From assembly GCA_031422435.1 (NCBI GenBank), contig JANPLU010000128.1, forward strand, positions 1 through 64,000: DNA of 64,000 nucleotides, written 5' to 3'. The DNA is from Acaryochloridaceae cyanobacterium VAR_48_metabat_390 (GTDB lineage Bacteria > Cyanobacteriota > Cyanobacteriia > Thermosynechococcales > Thermosynechococcaceae). Both the position numbers and the translations under genes were made by a program. This document shows, piece by piece, positions 1 to 9,837 of this stretch (within the stretch, counting starts at the first letter, position 1; each line of letters starts with the position of its first letter). The notes under the pieces were generated by a model. It worked only from the letters and a program-made list of their open reading frames with translations. It was not told where the DNA came from and made no database searches.

Positions 1-613
1 GTCCTGCGTGGGCAGCACCTGGTGTCGCTTTGGGGTGCAGGACTCAACGGGGTTGGCGATCGCCGTTGAATTACGCTACCGAGGCTTACGGGCACCCCAC
101 AAGCTCAAGTCAGCAGTGTCTGGCTGTACCCGCGAATGTGCTGAAGCGCAGAGCAAAGACTTTGGCATTATTGCCACTGAAAAGGGCTGGAACCTCTACG
201 TCTGCGGCAATGGCGGCATTAAACCACAGCACGCCCAGCTCATTGCAGAAGATGTGGATCAAGAAACGTTGATTCGCTATGTTGATCGCTTTTTGATGTT
301 CTATATCCGCACTGCAAATCGACTGGAGCGCACGGCAACCTGGCTGAACAAGTTGGAGGGCGGGATTGAGTATCTAAAGCAGGTCATCATTCACGACTCT
401 TTGGGCATCTGTGCAGAGCTAGAAGCCGAAACGGCCTACCAGGTTGAAACCTATGCCTGCGAATGGAAGACCACCATCAACGATCCGCAAAAGCTTCTGC
501 GGTTCAACCATTTTGTTAACTCCGACGCGCCGGATCCAAGCCTGATGCGTGTGGAAGAGCGCGGACAGGTTCGCCCACCCTTTGAGCATGAGCGGCAGTT
601 AATTCAAGGGTAG
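1..613 (+). CDS. nirB: NAD(P)H-dependent nitrite reductase large subunit, C-terminal part (5' truncated by window edge)
   Basis: Siroheme/4Fe-4S motifs SCVGSTWCRFGVQDS and KSAVSGCTRECAEA, plus GWNLYVCGNGG and ERTATWL; followed by a nirD-like gene. Confidence 0.92.
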   Translation, partial: SCVGSTWCRFGVQDSTGLAIAVELRYRGLRAPHKLKSAVSGCTRECAEAQSKDFGIIATEKGWNLYVCGNGGIKPQHAQLIAEDVDQETLIRYVDRFLMFYIRTANRLERTATWLNKLEGGIEYLKQVIIHDSLGICAELEAETAYQVETYACEWKTTINDPQKLLRFNHFVNSDAPDPSLMRVEERGQVRPPFEHERQLIQG

Positions 614-660
614 GGCTGAGCTTCGATATACTGCTGTTTATAAGATTGGGTAAACTCACC

Positions 661-1029
661 ATGCAAACAACTTCTGCTCCTGAAACGATCGCCCAATGGC
701 TAACGGTATGTCCGCTCAGTCGCATTCTCCCGAATACTGGGGTTTGTGCGCTGGTGGGCGATCAGCAGGTGGCAATTTTTCGGGTGGGAGACGACGAAGT
801 GTATGCGATCGCCAATTACGACCCGTTCAGTAAAGCCTATGTGCTGTCTCGGGGCATTGTGGGCGATCGCCAAGGCATCCCGAAGGTCGCGTCTCCGATT
901 TACAAGCAGAACTTTAATTTAGTTACGGGCGAATGCTTTGATGATGAGACGGTGCGCGTCGCAGTCTTTCCGGTGCGGGTGGTAGAGGGTCAGGTGCAGG
1001 TTGGCATTGAGTCAGGCAAGTCGGGCTAA
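661..1029 (+). CDS. nirD: Nitrite reductase small subunit (Rieske-like)
   Basis: GVCALVG..QVAIF, NYDPFSKAYVLSRGIVGD, SPIYKQNFNL.TGEC; directly after nirB. Confidence 0.92.
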   Translation: MQTTSAPETIAQWLTVCPLSRILPNTGVCALVGDQQVAIFRVGDDEVYAIANYDPFSKAYVLSRGIVGDRQGIPKVASPIYKQNFNLVTGECFDDETVRVAVFPVRVVEGQVQVGIESGKSG

Positions 1030-1061
1030 GATTCTAGGACGGACTTGTTTAGGATGAGATC

Positions 1062-1478
1062 ATGAAGCCGTCCCTCAACACTGAAGCTTTAGTTCAAAAC
1101 ATCACTCAAGCCGTGGCTGAACTAAGCTGGATGAGTGAAACCGATGCACCCTTTGAGGTTTTACGTTGGACAGAGCGCGATCAGCATAACCTCACACCAG
1201 CACAAGTTTTGCATCAGGCACAACTGCCATCAGAAACGCCTGTCGAAGTGATGACATTAGATGATTTTCTAACGCCCGTCATTGAACCCCAGCCTTGGCA
1301 CACCGAAGCAGATGTTCATGTTGCCCAGCAATTTCAGGCACTCCAGACACTGTTAGCGCAAACGCAAAACCCCATTTACGTATACCGCTGCGGCACAACG
1401 GAACTCGAGATTTACGTGGTAGGTCAGGTGCAGGACTCAGACTGGCTGGTGCTGCATACTACCGCTGTCGAAACCTAA
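1062..1478 (+). CDS. Nuclease A inhibitor (NuiA) family protein
   Basis: L.WMSETDAPF N-terminus, VYRCG..E.EIYVVG and TTAVET C-terminus resemble NuiA. Confidence 0.75.
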   Translation: MKPSLNTEALVQNITQAVAELSWMSETDAPFEVLRWTERDQHNLTPAQVLHQAQLPSETPVEVMTLDDFLTPVIEPQPWHTEADVHVAQQFQALQTLLAQTQNPIYVYRCGTTELEIYVVGQVQDSDWLVLHTTAVET

Positions 1479-1488
1479 TCAATTAACC

Positions 1489-1809
1489 CTAGGGGGCAGA
1501 GGCGATCGCATCAGGAATCGTCTCAGAAGGGGCAGTAAAAGAGCCAATCAGCACGTACTCTAAACGCAGCTTCAGCCACTGGATAAACTGGAGATTGGGG
1601 GAGATAATTGCGGCGCAAGGCTGAGGGCAAGAAGCCTTAACTTCAGCAAACTCTGGCGCATCTAAAAACGCAGGCTGCTTTACAAGCCAAAAATCAACTT
1701 CTTTGTTGTTCTCTTTATAGTAGCGATGACGCTCATCAAAGACTTCGCTCAGGGGTTCTTCGTCGATTAGAAATTTTTGGCTGGCAAGGAGGTAGTGGTA
1801 GGTCTGCAT
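1489..1809 (-). CDS. ycf54: Ycf54, MgPME cyclase auxiliary protein
   Basis: YHYLLASQKFL..EEPL.EV..ER, DFWLVKQPAFL, WLKLRLEYV. Confidence 0.93.
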   Translation of the reverse strand: MQTYHYLLASQKFLIDEEPLSEVFDERHRYYKENNKEVDFWLVKQPAFLDAPEFAEVKASCPQPCAAIISPNLQFIQWLKLRLEYVLIGSFTAPSETIPDAIASAP

Positions 1810-1911
1810 AGATTCTTAGAGTGGCTGCGCTTGCGTCTTTTTGAGTCTAAAGATATTCTCTATTATCTCAAGGTTTAGGGTTTTTATCTCATTGATGAGA
1901 CAGAATCATTC

Positions 1912-2610
1912 ATGCATCATTACCAAACGCGATGGTCTAAGTGGGCTGACGGGCTAAGACAAAGTTTCAGCTTTGTGCTTCAGGCGCAGTGCCCTTTATG
2001 CGATCGCCCCTCCCCAGCCATTTTTTGCCAAGACTGTGCCCGTCGCCTCCAAGCCTGCCGCCGTCCGGCTGCCGTCTTTCAGGTGGATGGGCTACCTCCC
2101 CTGCATGTCTGGGGTAACTATGAAGGGGCACTTAAGCAAAGCCTCGCGCGGCTTAAGTATGATCGCCGACCCCTCGTTGCAGAGCCATTAGGACAGTGGC
2201 TAGGGCAGCTTTGGCTAGACGCAGGGGCGCTAAACCGTAATCTGGTGGCAGTGCCCATTCCGCTGCATAAAGACCGCCAACAGCAGCGCGGCTACAACCA
2301 GGCAGAACTCATTGCCCGATATTTTTGCCAGGTTACAGGGATGCCCCTACGCGCAAACGGGCTAACCCGAACCCAAGCGACGACTGCTCAATACGGCCTT
2401 TCTCGCAAAGAACGCTATCAAAATTTAACAAATGTCTTTCAACTGGGCGCAGATTTACAAAAGCTTCCCAAGTCAAAAGACATTGTGCTGGTAGACGATA
2501 TTTTTACAACGGGTGCAACCCTTAAGTCTGCTGTCGAAACCCTTCAGCAATCGGGCTTCAGAGTAGTGGCGCTCGTCGCCGTTGCCATCTCCGAACGCCA
2601 GACTGCTTAG
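1912..2610 (+). CDS. comF: ComF family protein (zinc ribbon plus phosphoribosyltransferase)
   Basis: CPLC..FCQDC, RGYNQAELIA, LVDDIFTTGAT. Confidence 0.88.
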   Translation: MHHYQTRWSKWADGLRQSFSFVLQAQCPLCDRPSPAIFCQDCARRLQACRRPAAVFQVDGLPPLHVWGNYEGALKQSLARLKYDRRPLVAEPLGQWLGQLWLDAGALNRNLVAVPIPLHKDRQQQRGYNQAELIARYFCQVTGMPLRANGLTRTQATTAQYGLSRKERYQNLTNVFQLGADLQKLPKSKDIVLVDDIFTTGATLKSAVETLQQSGFRVVALVAVAISERQTA

Positions 2611-2621
2611 GCTACTAACGA

Positions 2622-2960
2622 CTACGCCTCTGAAGGTACTTCCGCTTCGGCTTCTGAGGAAGCTTCCGGCGCTTCCGCATCAGGCGTTTCGAGTTCTTCC
2701 TCTGCGGCTGCTACAGGCTCAGGGGCTGGCTTGGGCGGCGTATATTTTGGCCCTCTTTGAAGTGCAGCGCTCACGCGGGGAGCCACTTCTTTCTCTTCGC
2801 GTCCTTTGCGCCCCCCGCGACCGCCTTTATCTCTGTCGCCCCCTCGTTCTCCTCGCTTTTCTCTATCCTGCGTGGGGGCATCGGCAGACTTAGCGGGTAA
2901 GTCTGCGGCTTTAATGGGCTTTGGAATTACTCTTTTGGGGGCAGACTCTTGTTCAGACAT
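2622..2960 (-). CDS. Hypothetical low-complexity charged protein
   Basis: Open ORF with P.VSAAL.RGPK segment and acidic tail; fills the intergenic gap. Confidence 0.6.
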   Translation of the reverse strand: MSEQESAPKRVIPKPIKAADLPAKSADAPTQDREKRGERGGDRDKGGRGGRKGREEKEVAPRVSAALQRGPKYTPPKPAPEPVAAAEEELETPDAEAPEASSEAEAEVPSEA

Positions 2961-3081
2961 CACAGAAAACTCAACATAACGGCACTAAGGGCTTAATAAG
3001 TGTAATGAATCACCACGCCCTTGAGCAACTAATGATGCCCAGTGATGCACAACTCGACATGCACAGCTCCACGAGGAACGG

Positions 3082-4578
3082 CTAGATTGCGAAGGAATCC
3101 CGATGGGTTGGAGCCGCCTGATGCACCCCGACGGACTCTTGGTGCGAAGCTATCGCCCGACGACGCACTTCTAAGATTTGCCCAATTTCGCGCGCAAAGC
3201 TGGGCTGACGCGCAATCATCTGGTTCACCTCATCGGCAGAAATCATCATCACCTCTAGGTCGTTGACTGCCGTAATCGAGACAGGGCTAGGTTCCCCAGA
3301 GAATAAAACCATTTCTCCAAAAAACTCCCCTGCGCTGAGGGAGAGAATCTGATGGTCTACCCCAGCACCATCCACCATTGATAAAGCAGCATGGCCTGAC
3401 ACAATGATGTAGAGCGAATTACTGGGATAGCCTTGGCGAATCACCTTCTCTCCACTGCCAAAGTGCTGAAGGGTGACACCCTCTGAATCGCCCTGCAAGT
3501 TGCGATTGTCTCGATCAATGGGCACAAAATCGGGTAGAGACTGAAGGCTCTCTGCAAACTTTTTGCTGGTGCTGCCCTGGCGAGCGGTGGGGCCATGAAA
3601 GTGATAGAGCGTGCGAATAGGGAAGGGAATGTTGAGATTATTGCGCTGAGCCGCATACCACACTCGGCTCATAAAGCGGCTGCGAATGTCTTCAATATCG
3701 CCGTAGTTTTCAACAAAAAACTTCACCTCATAGGTAATGGAAGAGTCGTCATAGGAAAGGGTCAACACCTCTGGCTCTGGCTTGACCAAAATCCCCTGGG
3801 TTGCCAGCGCCGTACTTTTGAGAACGTGACGGGCTAGGTTCGGCGGATCGCCGTAGGAAAAGCCAATCTTGACACGCTCAGCATGGAGGGTCAGAGGGCG
3901 GCTAAAGTTACGGATAATTTCGTTGCTGATGACCTTATGGGGAATAATCACCATCTCGCGGTCAAAGGTTTGCAGCCGAACCGATCGCCAGTTGATATCA
4001 ATCACCTGCCCCGTAAGTTCCCCTACCCGCAGCCAGTCCCCTACGTTGAAGGGGCGCTCAAACAGCAGCGCAATGCCAGAGGTAACGCTACCTAGGGTGT
4101 CCTGTAGGGCTAGGCCAATCACAATAGAGCTAACGCCTAAGGCCGTGGCGAGTCCGGCTAAGTCCGCCTTCCAGACCGTGGCTAAAACGATCGCCGAGCC
4201 GAGCAAAATTAAAAATAGCCGCGCTAGGTCAATCAGCAGCTTGGGCATTTTTGCGCGCCACGTATCGGCTCCGGCCTGCTCAAAAATCACCACATTAAGC
4301 AAAGACAGCGACGCGTGGATGACCACAATCCAGAGTAAGGTTTGGGCGCTCTTGACCACCTGATGGTCGGGGTGCATTTTTAGCACATAGAGCATAAATA
4401 GCAAAAAGACCAACACGGGCAGCAGCAGATTGCGGACGATGCGTAAAGTCCCCGCAATAGGCCGACCGCGCAGTTTCTGGCGATGGATGACTTCCCCTAG
4501 CAAAATAATCAGGAACGGAAAGCCGAGGATGAGGGCGATCGCCCACACCACAAGATTTTGAAGCGTTTCGGTATTCAT
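3082..4578 (-). CDS. MscS-family mechanosensitive channel with C-terminal cyclic-nucleotide-binding domain
   Basis: TM helices, GLALQDTL...FERPF.VGDW, INWRS, IPFP; cNMP motif IRQG...LYIIVSG...GEFFGEM. Confidence 0.9.
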   Translation of the reverse strand: MNTETLQNLVVWAIALILGFPFLIILLGEVIHRQKLRGRPIAGTLRIVRNLLLPVLVFLLFMLYVLKMHPDHQVVKSAQTLLWIVVIHASLSLLNVVIFEQAGADTWRAKMPKLLIDLARLFLILLGSAIVLATVWKADLAGLATALGVSSIVIGLALQDTLGSVTSGIALLFERPFNVGDWLRVGELTGQVIDINWRSVRLQTFDREMVIIPHKVISNEIIRNFSRPLTLHAERVKIGFSYGDPPNLARHVLKSTALATQGILVKPEPEVLTLSYDDSSITYEVKFFVENYGDIEDIRSRFMSRVWYAAQRNNLNIPFPIRTLYHFHGPTARQGSTSKKFAESLQSLPDFVPIDRDNRNLQGDSEGVTLQHFGSGEKVIRQGYPSNSLYIIVSGHAALSMVDGAGVDHQILSLSAGEFFGEMVLFSGEPSPVSITAVNDLEVMMISADEVNQMIARQPSFAREIGQILEVRRRAIASHQESVGVHQAAPTHRDSFAI

Positions 4579-4585
4579 CCCTTAA

Positions 4586-6727
4586 TCACCGTTTCGTTGC
4601 AGGCTGGACGGTCTTTAAACGCCAAGCCGAAATGGAGGCTTTGCTGCCGCCGTGGTCGAGATCCATCCAGGGTTCAAAATCATAGAGATCTCGAAGGCGC
4701 TGATAGACCGCCTCAGACACCAAAATTTCTCCAGCGGGGCAGGCATCTCTCAAATGGCTGGCAATATTAATGGTGTCACCCCAGACGTCATAAATAAACT
4801 TGTTGCGGCCAACGATACCAGCCACCACATCCCCCGAGTTAATGCCGACCTGAATATTAAGCTGAAACCCGCGCTCCAGGTTAAAGCGCCGCATGACGGA
4901 CTGTAGCTCTAGGCTAAACCCGATCGCCCGTTTGTCGTGGTCAAGGTAGGGGACGGATAGGCCACAAATTGCCATGTAGCTGTCGCCAATGGTTTTAATT
5001 TTCTCCATGCCAAAGCGCTCGGCGGCTTCGTCAAAGGCGGCAAATACGTCGTTGAGAAGGTGGACAATTTCGTAGGCCGTCATCGACTCAGACAGTTTTG
5101 AAAAGCCCGTTAGGTCGGCAAACAGCACCGCTACGTTAGAGATATCTTCTGCGATGTCTTTTTCGCCCAGCTTCAGACGCTTGGCGATCGCCGCCGGAAA
5201 AATGCTCAGCAAAAGCTGGTCGTTTTCGCGGTTTTTTTCGGCGACCAGGTCAGTCTGAGTGTGCAGGCTATTAAGCATGGCGTTAAAAGACTGCGCCAGC
5301 TCCCCAAATTCATCACGAGGGTTTAGCGGCACAATCACATCCATATCTCCAGTCTGTACCTTACGCGCACTGTCGATAAGATGCTGGATGGGCTTTACGA
5401 ACAGATAGGCTAACGCCATAGCAATCAGCGTGAGCAGCAGCATCAGCAGCGTCGCTGAGACCAGCACCTGCCGCGTAAAGGCGTAGATTGGCTCATAGGC
5501 TTCTGAGAGGTCAATTTCTGACAAAATCACCCAGTCTAAGCCCGCAATCTTTAGGGGTGCATAGGAGCTAAGCACCGGAATGCCGCGATAGTCCTTTAGA
5601 ATTTGGGTGCCCTGTCGCCCAGTCAAGGCTTCGGCAGTGCCTTGGGGCTGCACTTTCTGCTGAAGAATTGAGGTTTTATACTGTTTAACACGCCCAATCA
5701 CATCATCATTCACACCCACGGCTCGTAGGGATTCTATATACGCCTTAGGATCCTCCTCTAAAAAGCGGGAGACGGAGCGCATGAGGTAATCTCGCCCAAC
5801 GAGATAGGTTTCGCCCGTTTTGCCTAAGCCATCTCCCTCCCACTTGCGGTTGCCCGTCATGACATTGTTAATTTCATCCACCGGAAACTGAAACGCCAGC
5901 ACCCCAATCAGCTTCGCGTCGTTAAAAATGGGTGCTGCAATAAAGGCGGCTGGGGCACCATAGGAGGGAGCGTATCCTTCAAAATCAATGATTTTTGAGT
6001 AGTCTTTTTCTTTAGCCTGCTGTACTTGAGCGGCTAGTCGAGCTAAATTACTGGTTTTGTAGGCACCTGTACCCAGATTGCTGGTGAAGTCGGTTTCTTT
6101 AAAGACGGTATAAACGATTGTCCCTTGAGGATCAATCAGAAACATGTCGTAGTAGCCAAATTTCTCGATAATTTTGCGAAAAATAGGGTGATAGCGCCTA
6201 TGGGTTCGGCTGTAGCTGCTGCCGTCCTTCGCCGTATCAAGCAGGTGTTTTTTGCCAACGGGGTTGGGGTTATTGGCAATGTACTGATACTGCAAGTAGC
6301 GAGATGCGCCAAACTGCGGCAGGTAAGACTGTAGGACGGGCGACCCGACCTCTGATTTGTCAAGGCGCTTCAGAAACTCTTGCTGATAGTAGGCGGCAAG
6401 CTTTTGGTCAGACGCTGCGGGAATTTTGACCGCCTCTAGCTGGCGATGGGCTGCTGTAAACTCCTGCATGGCGGCAATCACCGCCGGATTTTCGCTGAGG
6501 GTTTCGGTATGGTGGTGGAGATTTTTGAAATAAGACTCAATCTGATACGCCTTTGAAGCCCGTAGGCTGGTGAGCTGATTAAACACCCGACTGGTGAGGT
6601 TAGATTGACCGCTTTGATACCCCAAATAAGCTGTAACTAAAATTGAAAAGCTGCTGACCCCGAGCAGCATTGCAATGAGCTTAGATTTAATGCTCAGATG
6701 GTCGAGCGATCGCATAGAGGTCTTCAC
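4586..6727 (-). CDS. Membrane adenylate/guanylate cyclase (sensor-HAMP-class III cyclase)
   Basis: Two TM segments, HAMP (DEFGELAQSFN), VLFADLTGFS, KIKTIGDSYM, YDVWGDTINIAS. Confidence 0.9.
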   Translation of the reverse strand: MKTSMRSLDHLSIKSKLIAMLLGVSSFSILVTAYLGYQSGQSNLTSRVFNQLTSLRASKAYQIESYFKNLHHHTETLSENPAVIAAMQEFTAAHRQLEAVKIPAASDQKLAAYYQQEFLKRLDKSEVGSPVLQSYLPQFGASRYLQYQYIANNPNPVGKKHLLDTAKDGSSYSRTHRRYHPIFRKIIEKFGYYDMFLIDPQGTIVYTVFKETDFTSNLGTGAYKTSNLARLAAQVQQAKEKDYSKIIDFEGYAPSYGAPAAFIAAPIFNDAKLIGVLAFQFPVDEINNVMTGNRKWEGDGLGKTGETYLVGRDYLMRSVSRFLEEDPKAYIESLRAVGVNDDVIGRVKQYKTSILQQKVQPQGTAEALTGRQGTQILKDYRGIPVLSSYAPLKIAGLDWVILSEIDLSEAYEPIYAFTRQVLVSATLLMLLLTLIAMALAYLFVKPIQHLIDSARKVQTGDMDVIVPLNPRDEFGELAQSFNAMLNSLHTQTDLVAEKNRENDQLLLSIFPAAIAKRLKLGEKDIAEDISNVAVLFADLTGFSKLSESMTAYEIVHLLNDVFAAFDEAAERFGMEKIKTIGDSYMAICGLSVPYLDHDKRAIGFSLELQSVMRRFNLERGFQLNIQVGINSGDVVAGIVGRNKFIYDVWGDTINIASHLRDACPAGEILVSEAVYQRLRDLYDFEPWMDLDHGGSKASISAWRLKTVQPATKR

Positions 6728-6728
6728 A

Positions 6729-6828
6729 CTAAGGAATGAAAATAAAATAACATCCAGGTTTTGTAGAGGCAGATTTTGCCGATCAATTTAGGATTCTCCA
6801 ACGCAGTATTAGCTAAACCCGCCCTTAC
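6729..6828 (+). repeat. Dispersed MITE/REPIN-like element, family 1, copy A
   Basis: ctaaggaatgaaaataaaataacatccaggttttgtagaggc...aaacccgcccttac; similar to 16557-16677 and, reversed, 52387-52507. Confidence 0.8.
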
Positions 6829-6871
6829 AGACTGTATTGATTGAGGCAGACTCACCAGCGGCTTTTCAAAT

Positions 6872-6905
6872 AAAAGAGCGCCCGTAGTGTTTACGAGCGC
6901 CCTTT
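6872..6905 (-). terminator. Probable intrinsic terminator of acsF
   Basis: Imperfect inverted repeat aaaagagcgcccgta/tacgagcgcccttt with a T-run on the minus strand. Confidence 0.5.
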
Positions 6906-6947
6906 ATGAAATCAACGGATTAGAAAATCAATAATTTCAACCGTTAC

Positions 6948-8024
6948 TTACCGTACCGCACCATGTAAGTGATCTACTCGAATGGGCTTCATCAAAAACA
7001 GGCTGATAAACTGCACCCCATTAGAAAGGTACGCTGGCAGCTTTTTCAGAAACTTAATGGGTGCGGGCGCATTAGAAGCCGCGACGGCACTTAGCTTATT
7101 GTTGTTTTCGATGCAGGTTTCAAGACGGCTATAGAACTGAGGGTTCTCCACGTCTAAAATGACGGGGAAAATTCGACCCGCAGTCTCGTTGGTCTTTTGG
7201 ATGACAACCTTGTCGTACTCACGAGCATCTAAACCCAAGGTGCGATAAAACTTCGCCCGCTGAACGTCGTTGAGGTACATGGTAGCAAACACCGACAGCA
7301 AAAAGAACCGACTCCAGAGGCGCGATTCGAGGTTGTTGATGAGAGCAGGCTGCGATCGCAGAACAGCATCAAAGAAGTCACCGTGGCGGTTTTCATCTTG
7401 GCACCAGTTTTCAAAGAAATTGAAAATAGGATAAACGCAGTCTTCAGGATTTGCTTCGAGGTGACGGAAAATGGTGATGTAGCGCCAGTACCCAATTTTT
7501 TCAGACAGGTAGGTCGCGTAAAGAATAAACTTAGGCTTAAAGAACGTATAGCTGCGGCTCTTGGTCAAAAAGCCAAGATCTAAAGACATGCCAAAGTCTG
7601 ACATGGCCTTGTTCAGAAAACCCGCATGACGCGCTTCATCGCGAGAGATTAGGTTAAAGCACTCAGCCAGAAGAGGGTTTTTATTTTTGAGGCGACGACC
7701 CAGCTCTTTGTAAAGTAAGAAGCCAGAAAACTCGGCGGTGCAGGAGCGCTCTAGAAACTCCATGAAAAGCTCACGGGTTTCACCGTCGATGTGATCCCAG
7801 GTCTGGTCAAATTGAGCATCACGGACAAAGTGCTTTTGATTATAGTCGATGCGCAACTCTTCGACGAGGGCCAGCAGTTCATCTTCATTGACGGAAAGGT
7901 CCATTTTGGCCATTTCGTCAAAGTCAGTGGTATAAAAACGCGGTGTTAGAAGGGTTTCCTTCGCGGGTGTCTTTGAATTCGCGTGGAGTTCTTCAACGTT
8001 GGGTCTTGTGGGGGTGTTAACCAT
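6948..8024 (-). CDS. acsF: Mg-protoporphyrin IX monomethyl ester oxidative cyclase
   Basis: [47 protein letters not shown]. Confidence 0.97.
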   Translation of the reverse strand: MVNTPTRPNVEELHANSKTPAKETLLTPRFYTTDFDEMAKMDLSVNEDELLALVEELRIDYNQKHFVRDAQFDQTWDHIDGETRELFMEFLERSCTAEFSGFLLYKELGRRLKNKNPLLAECFNLISRDEARHAGFLNKAMSDFGMSLDLGFLTKSRSYTFFKPKFILYATYLSEKIGYWRYITIFRHLEANPEDCVYPIFNFFENWCQDENRHGDFFDAVLRSQPALINNLESRLWSRFFLLSVFATMYLNDVQRAKFYRTLGLDAREYDKVVIQKTNETAGRIFPVILDVENPQFYSRLETCIENNNKLSAVAASNAPAPIKFLKKLPAYLSNGVQFISLFLMKPIRVDHLHGAVR

Positions 8025-8181
8025 GGGTACTGTGCCGTATGGGTGCTTCTAATCGCTAATGCTCTACATGCGCCTGTATGCCATGTTACCTGAAGCTTCT
8101 TTGTGGATAGGGCGATCGCCAAAGAAGTGTTACGTTTTTCAACACTTATGAGTTTCGAGAAAACCTGGGTGATGTCTCGCC

Positions 8182-8207
8182 GCTCGTTTCGGCTTCGTTC
8201 AACGAGC
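8182..8207. repeat. Small hairpin repeat with TCG(A/G)CTTCG core
   Basis: gctcgtt-tcggcttcgttc-aacgagc; loop resembles that at 56211-56242. Confidence 0.45.
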
Positions 8208-8221
8208 TAATCTTGGGTTTA

Positions 8222-8791
8222 TTAATGGCCTTGCAAAACTTGAGCTGCCGTTACATCTAAACTGCCGAACAGCGGCGAAACCAGCAGTGTGTCGCTCTCG
8301 TACACCTTTTCCTCATATAGCCCTTCCACCCACTCTAAAATCGTCACCCGCGCCTGAATCGGATCCACAATCCAATATTCTGCAATGCCCCGTGCGGCGT
8401 ACTCAGACCGCTTATAGCGATAATCTCGGTTCTCTTGATTGGGGCTAACTACCTCAACCACCAGCAGTGGCGGCGGCATATCCATCAGCACCATAGAGCG
8501 ACTGGCTCCTTCAAGGGCGGTGGCTCCTTCCTCTGACAGCACAATCAAGTCCGGTACTCGCACAGATACCCGCAGACCACTGATTGCCACCTCGGTTTTC
8601 ATAGTCAACCGATAGGATGGAATCCCTAACTTGCTGAGATAAATCGCCAGAAACATTGCAATTCGTCGATTAATTTCGCTCTCCGCAGGCATTGCAATCA
8701 GTTCCTCGTTTTCTAGCTCATACAAACTATCTGTGCCATCGTCATAGTCGAGGAACTCTTCAAACATGATCTTCAGCGCTGCTACCGTCAT
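8222..8791 (-). CDS. Uma2 family (DUF820) endonuclease-like protein
   Basis: RVPDL, LVVEVVSP, DYRYKRSEYAARGIAEYWIVDP. Confidence 0.9.
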   Translation of the reverse strand: MTVAALKIMFEEFLDYDDGTDSLYELENEELIAMPAESEINRRIAMFLAIYLSKLGIPSYRLTMKTEVAISGLRVSVRVPDLIVLSEEGATALEGASRSMVLMDMPPPLLVVEVVSPNQENRDYRYKRSEYAARGIAEYWIVDPIQARVTILEWVEGLYEEKVYESDTLLVSPLFGSLDVTAAQVLQGH

Positions 8792-8906
8792 TGACTTACC
8801 TCCAATAAGCGCAAGCACTCTTATTATCTCAAGATTTTTTCTGGCTCTGCTTTCTTCGGCGCTGTCTACTGAAAACTAATTGGCTCAAATCATTACTATT
8901 TTCTAG

Positions 8907-9824
8907 CTAAATGCGATGGGCTTGTGCAAAGCGTTGAATCCCAGCTAAGTCCAGGTGAATTTGAATGTTGCGATAGCAACCCGATTGCTCTAACAGCGTA
9001 CAGACTGCTTCGGATTGCCCCATCATCATTTCTAGAAGCAGTACGCCCCCAGACTTCAGAAAATTAGGTGCTTGCAGAACAATGGCACGAATAGCATCTA
9101 ACCCATCTGCGCCACCGTCTAGCGCGAGGTGAGGTTCGTGACGCGCAACTTCTGGCTGTAGCGTTGGCACGATCACACTGGGGATATAGGGTGGGTTGCT
9201 AACAATTCCCTTTAGCTTTCCTTGGAGGTGAATCAGCGGATCTAGCCAGTCACCTTTGTAAAACTGCACCTGTTCTGTCAGACCCAGCCGCGTGGCGTTT
9301 TGCTTGGCAATATTGAGCGCAGTGGCACTGGTGTCTACTGCGTGAATGGAGGCATGGGGGAAGCTTTTGGCTAGGGCTAGGGCGATCGCCCCACTACCCG
9401 TCCCCAAATCTGCCCAATGCGCTGGCGTAGGCTCAGCCTCGGGGAACGCCGCAACAGCGAGATCAATCAGCAGTTCCGTCTCGGGTCTAGGAATCAGTAC
9501 CCCTGGCGCAACGGTGAGGGTAAAATCTCGCCAGTCTGTTCTACCCAAGAGGTACTGGACAGGCACTTGTTCCGTAAGCCTACGCTGCCAGAGAACAGAA
9601 AGATTAGACAGCGATCTTTCCATCGCAATGGCAGGGCAATCACGGTAGGTTTCTAACTTAAGCGCAAGGCGATCAACCGCCGCTACCGTCGTTAAAAGCC
9701 AGTCCAGCTCTCGGATATACGCCTTCGCAAACTGTACATTGTGGAGATAATCAAATGTATCTTGACAGGCGGTTTGCCGCCATTGCCAAAGGTCTTTCCC
9801 AGAAACACAGTCTGAATACTCCAT
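8907..9824 (-). CDS. prmC: Release factor glutamine methyltransferase
   Basis: VLIPRPETE, DLGTGSGAIA, SNPPYIP, HEP..ALDGG.DGL. Confidence 0.95.
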   Translation of the reverse strand: MEYSDCVSGKDLWQWRQTACQDTFDYLHNVQFAKAYIRELDWLLTTVAAVDRLALKLETYRDCPAIAMERSLSNLSVLWQRRLTEQVPVQYLLGRTDWRDFTLTVAPGVLIPRPETELLIDLAVAAFPEAEPTPAHWADLGTGSGAIALALAKSFPHASIHAVDTSATALNIAKQNATRLGLTEQVQFYKGDWLDPLIHLQGKLKGIVSNPPYIPSVIVPTLQPEVARHEPHLALDGGADGLDAIRAIVLQAPNFLKSGGVLLLEMMMGQSEAVCTLLEQSGCYRNIQIHLDLAGIQRFAQAHRI

Positions 9825-9837
9825 TGAGATTCTAGAT

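Noticed and set aside
8076..8089. NtcA-like GTA-N8-TAC upstream of acsF
   Set aside because: Short motif expected by chance, with no supporting promoter spacing or context.
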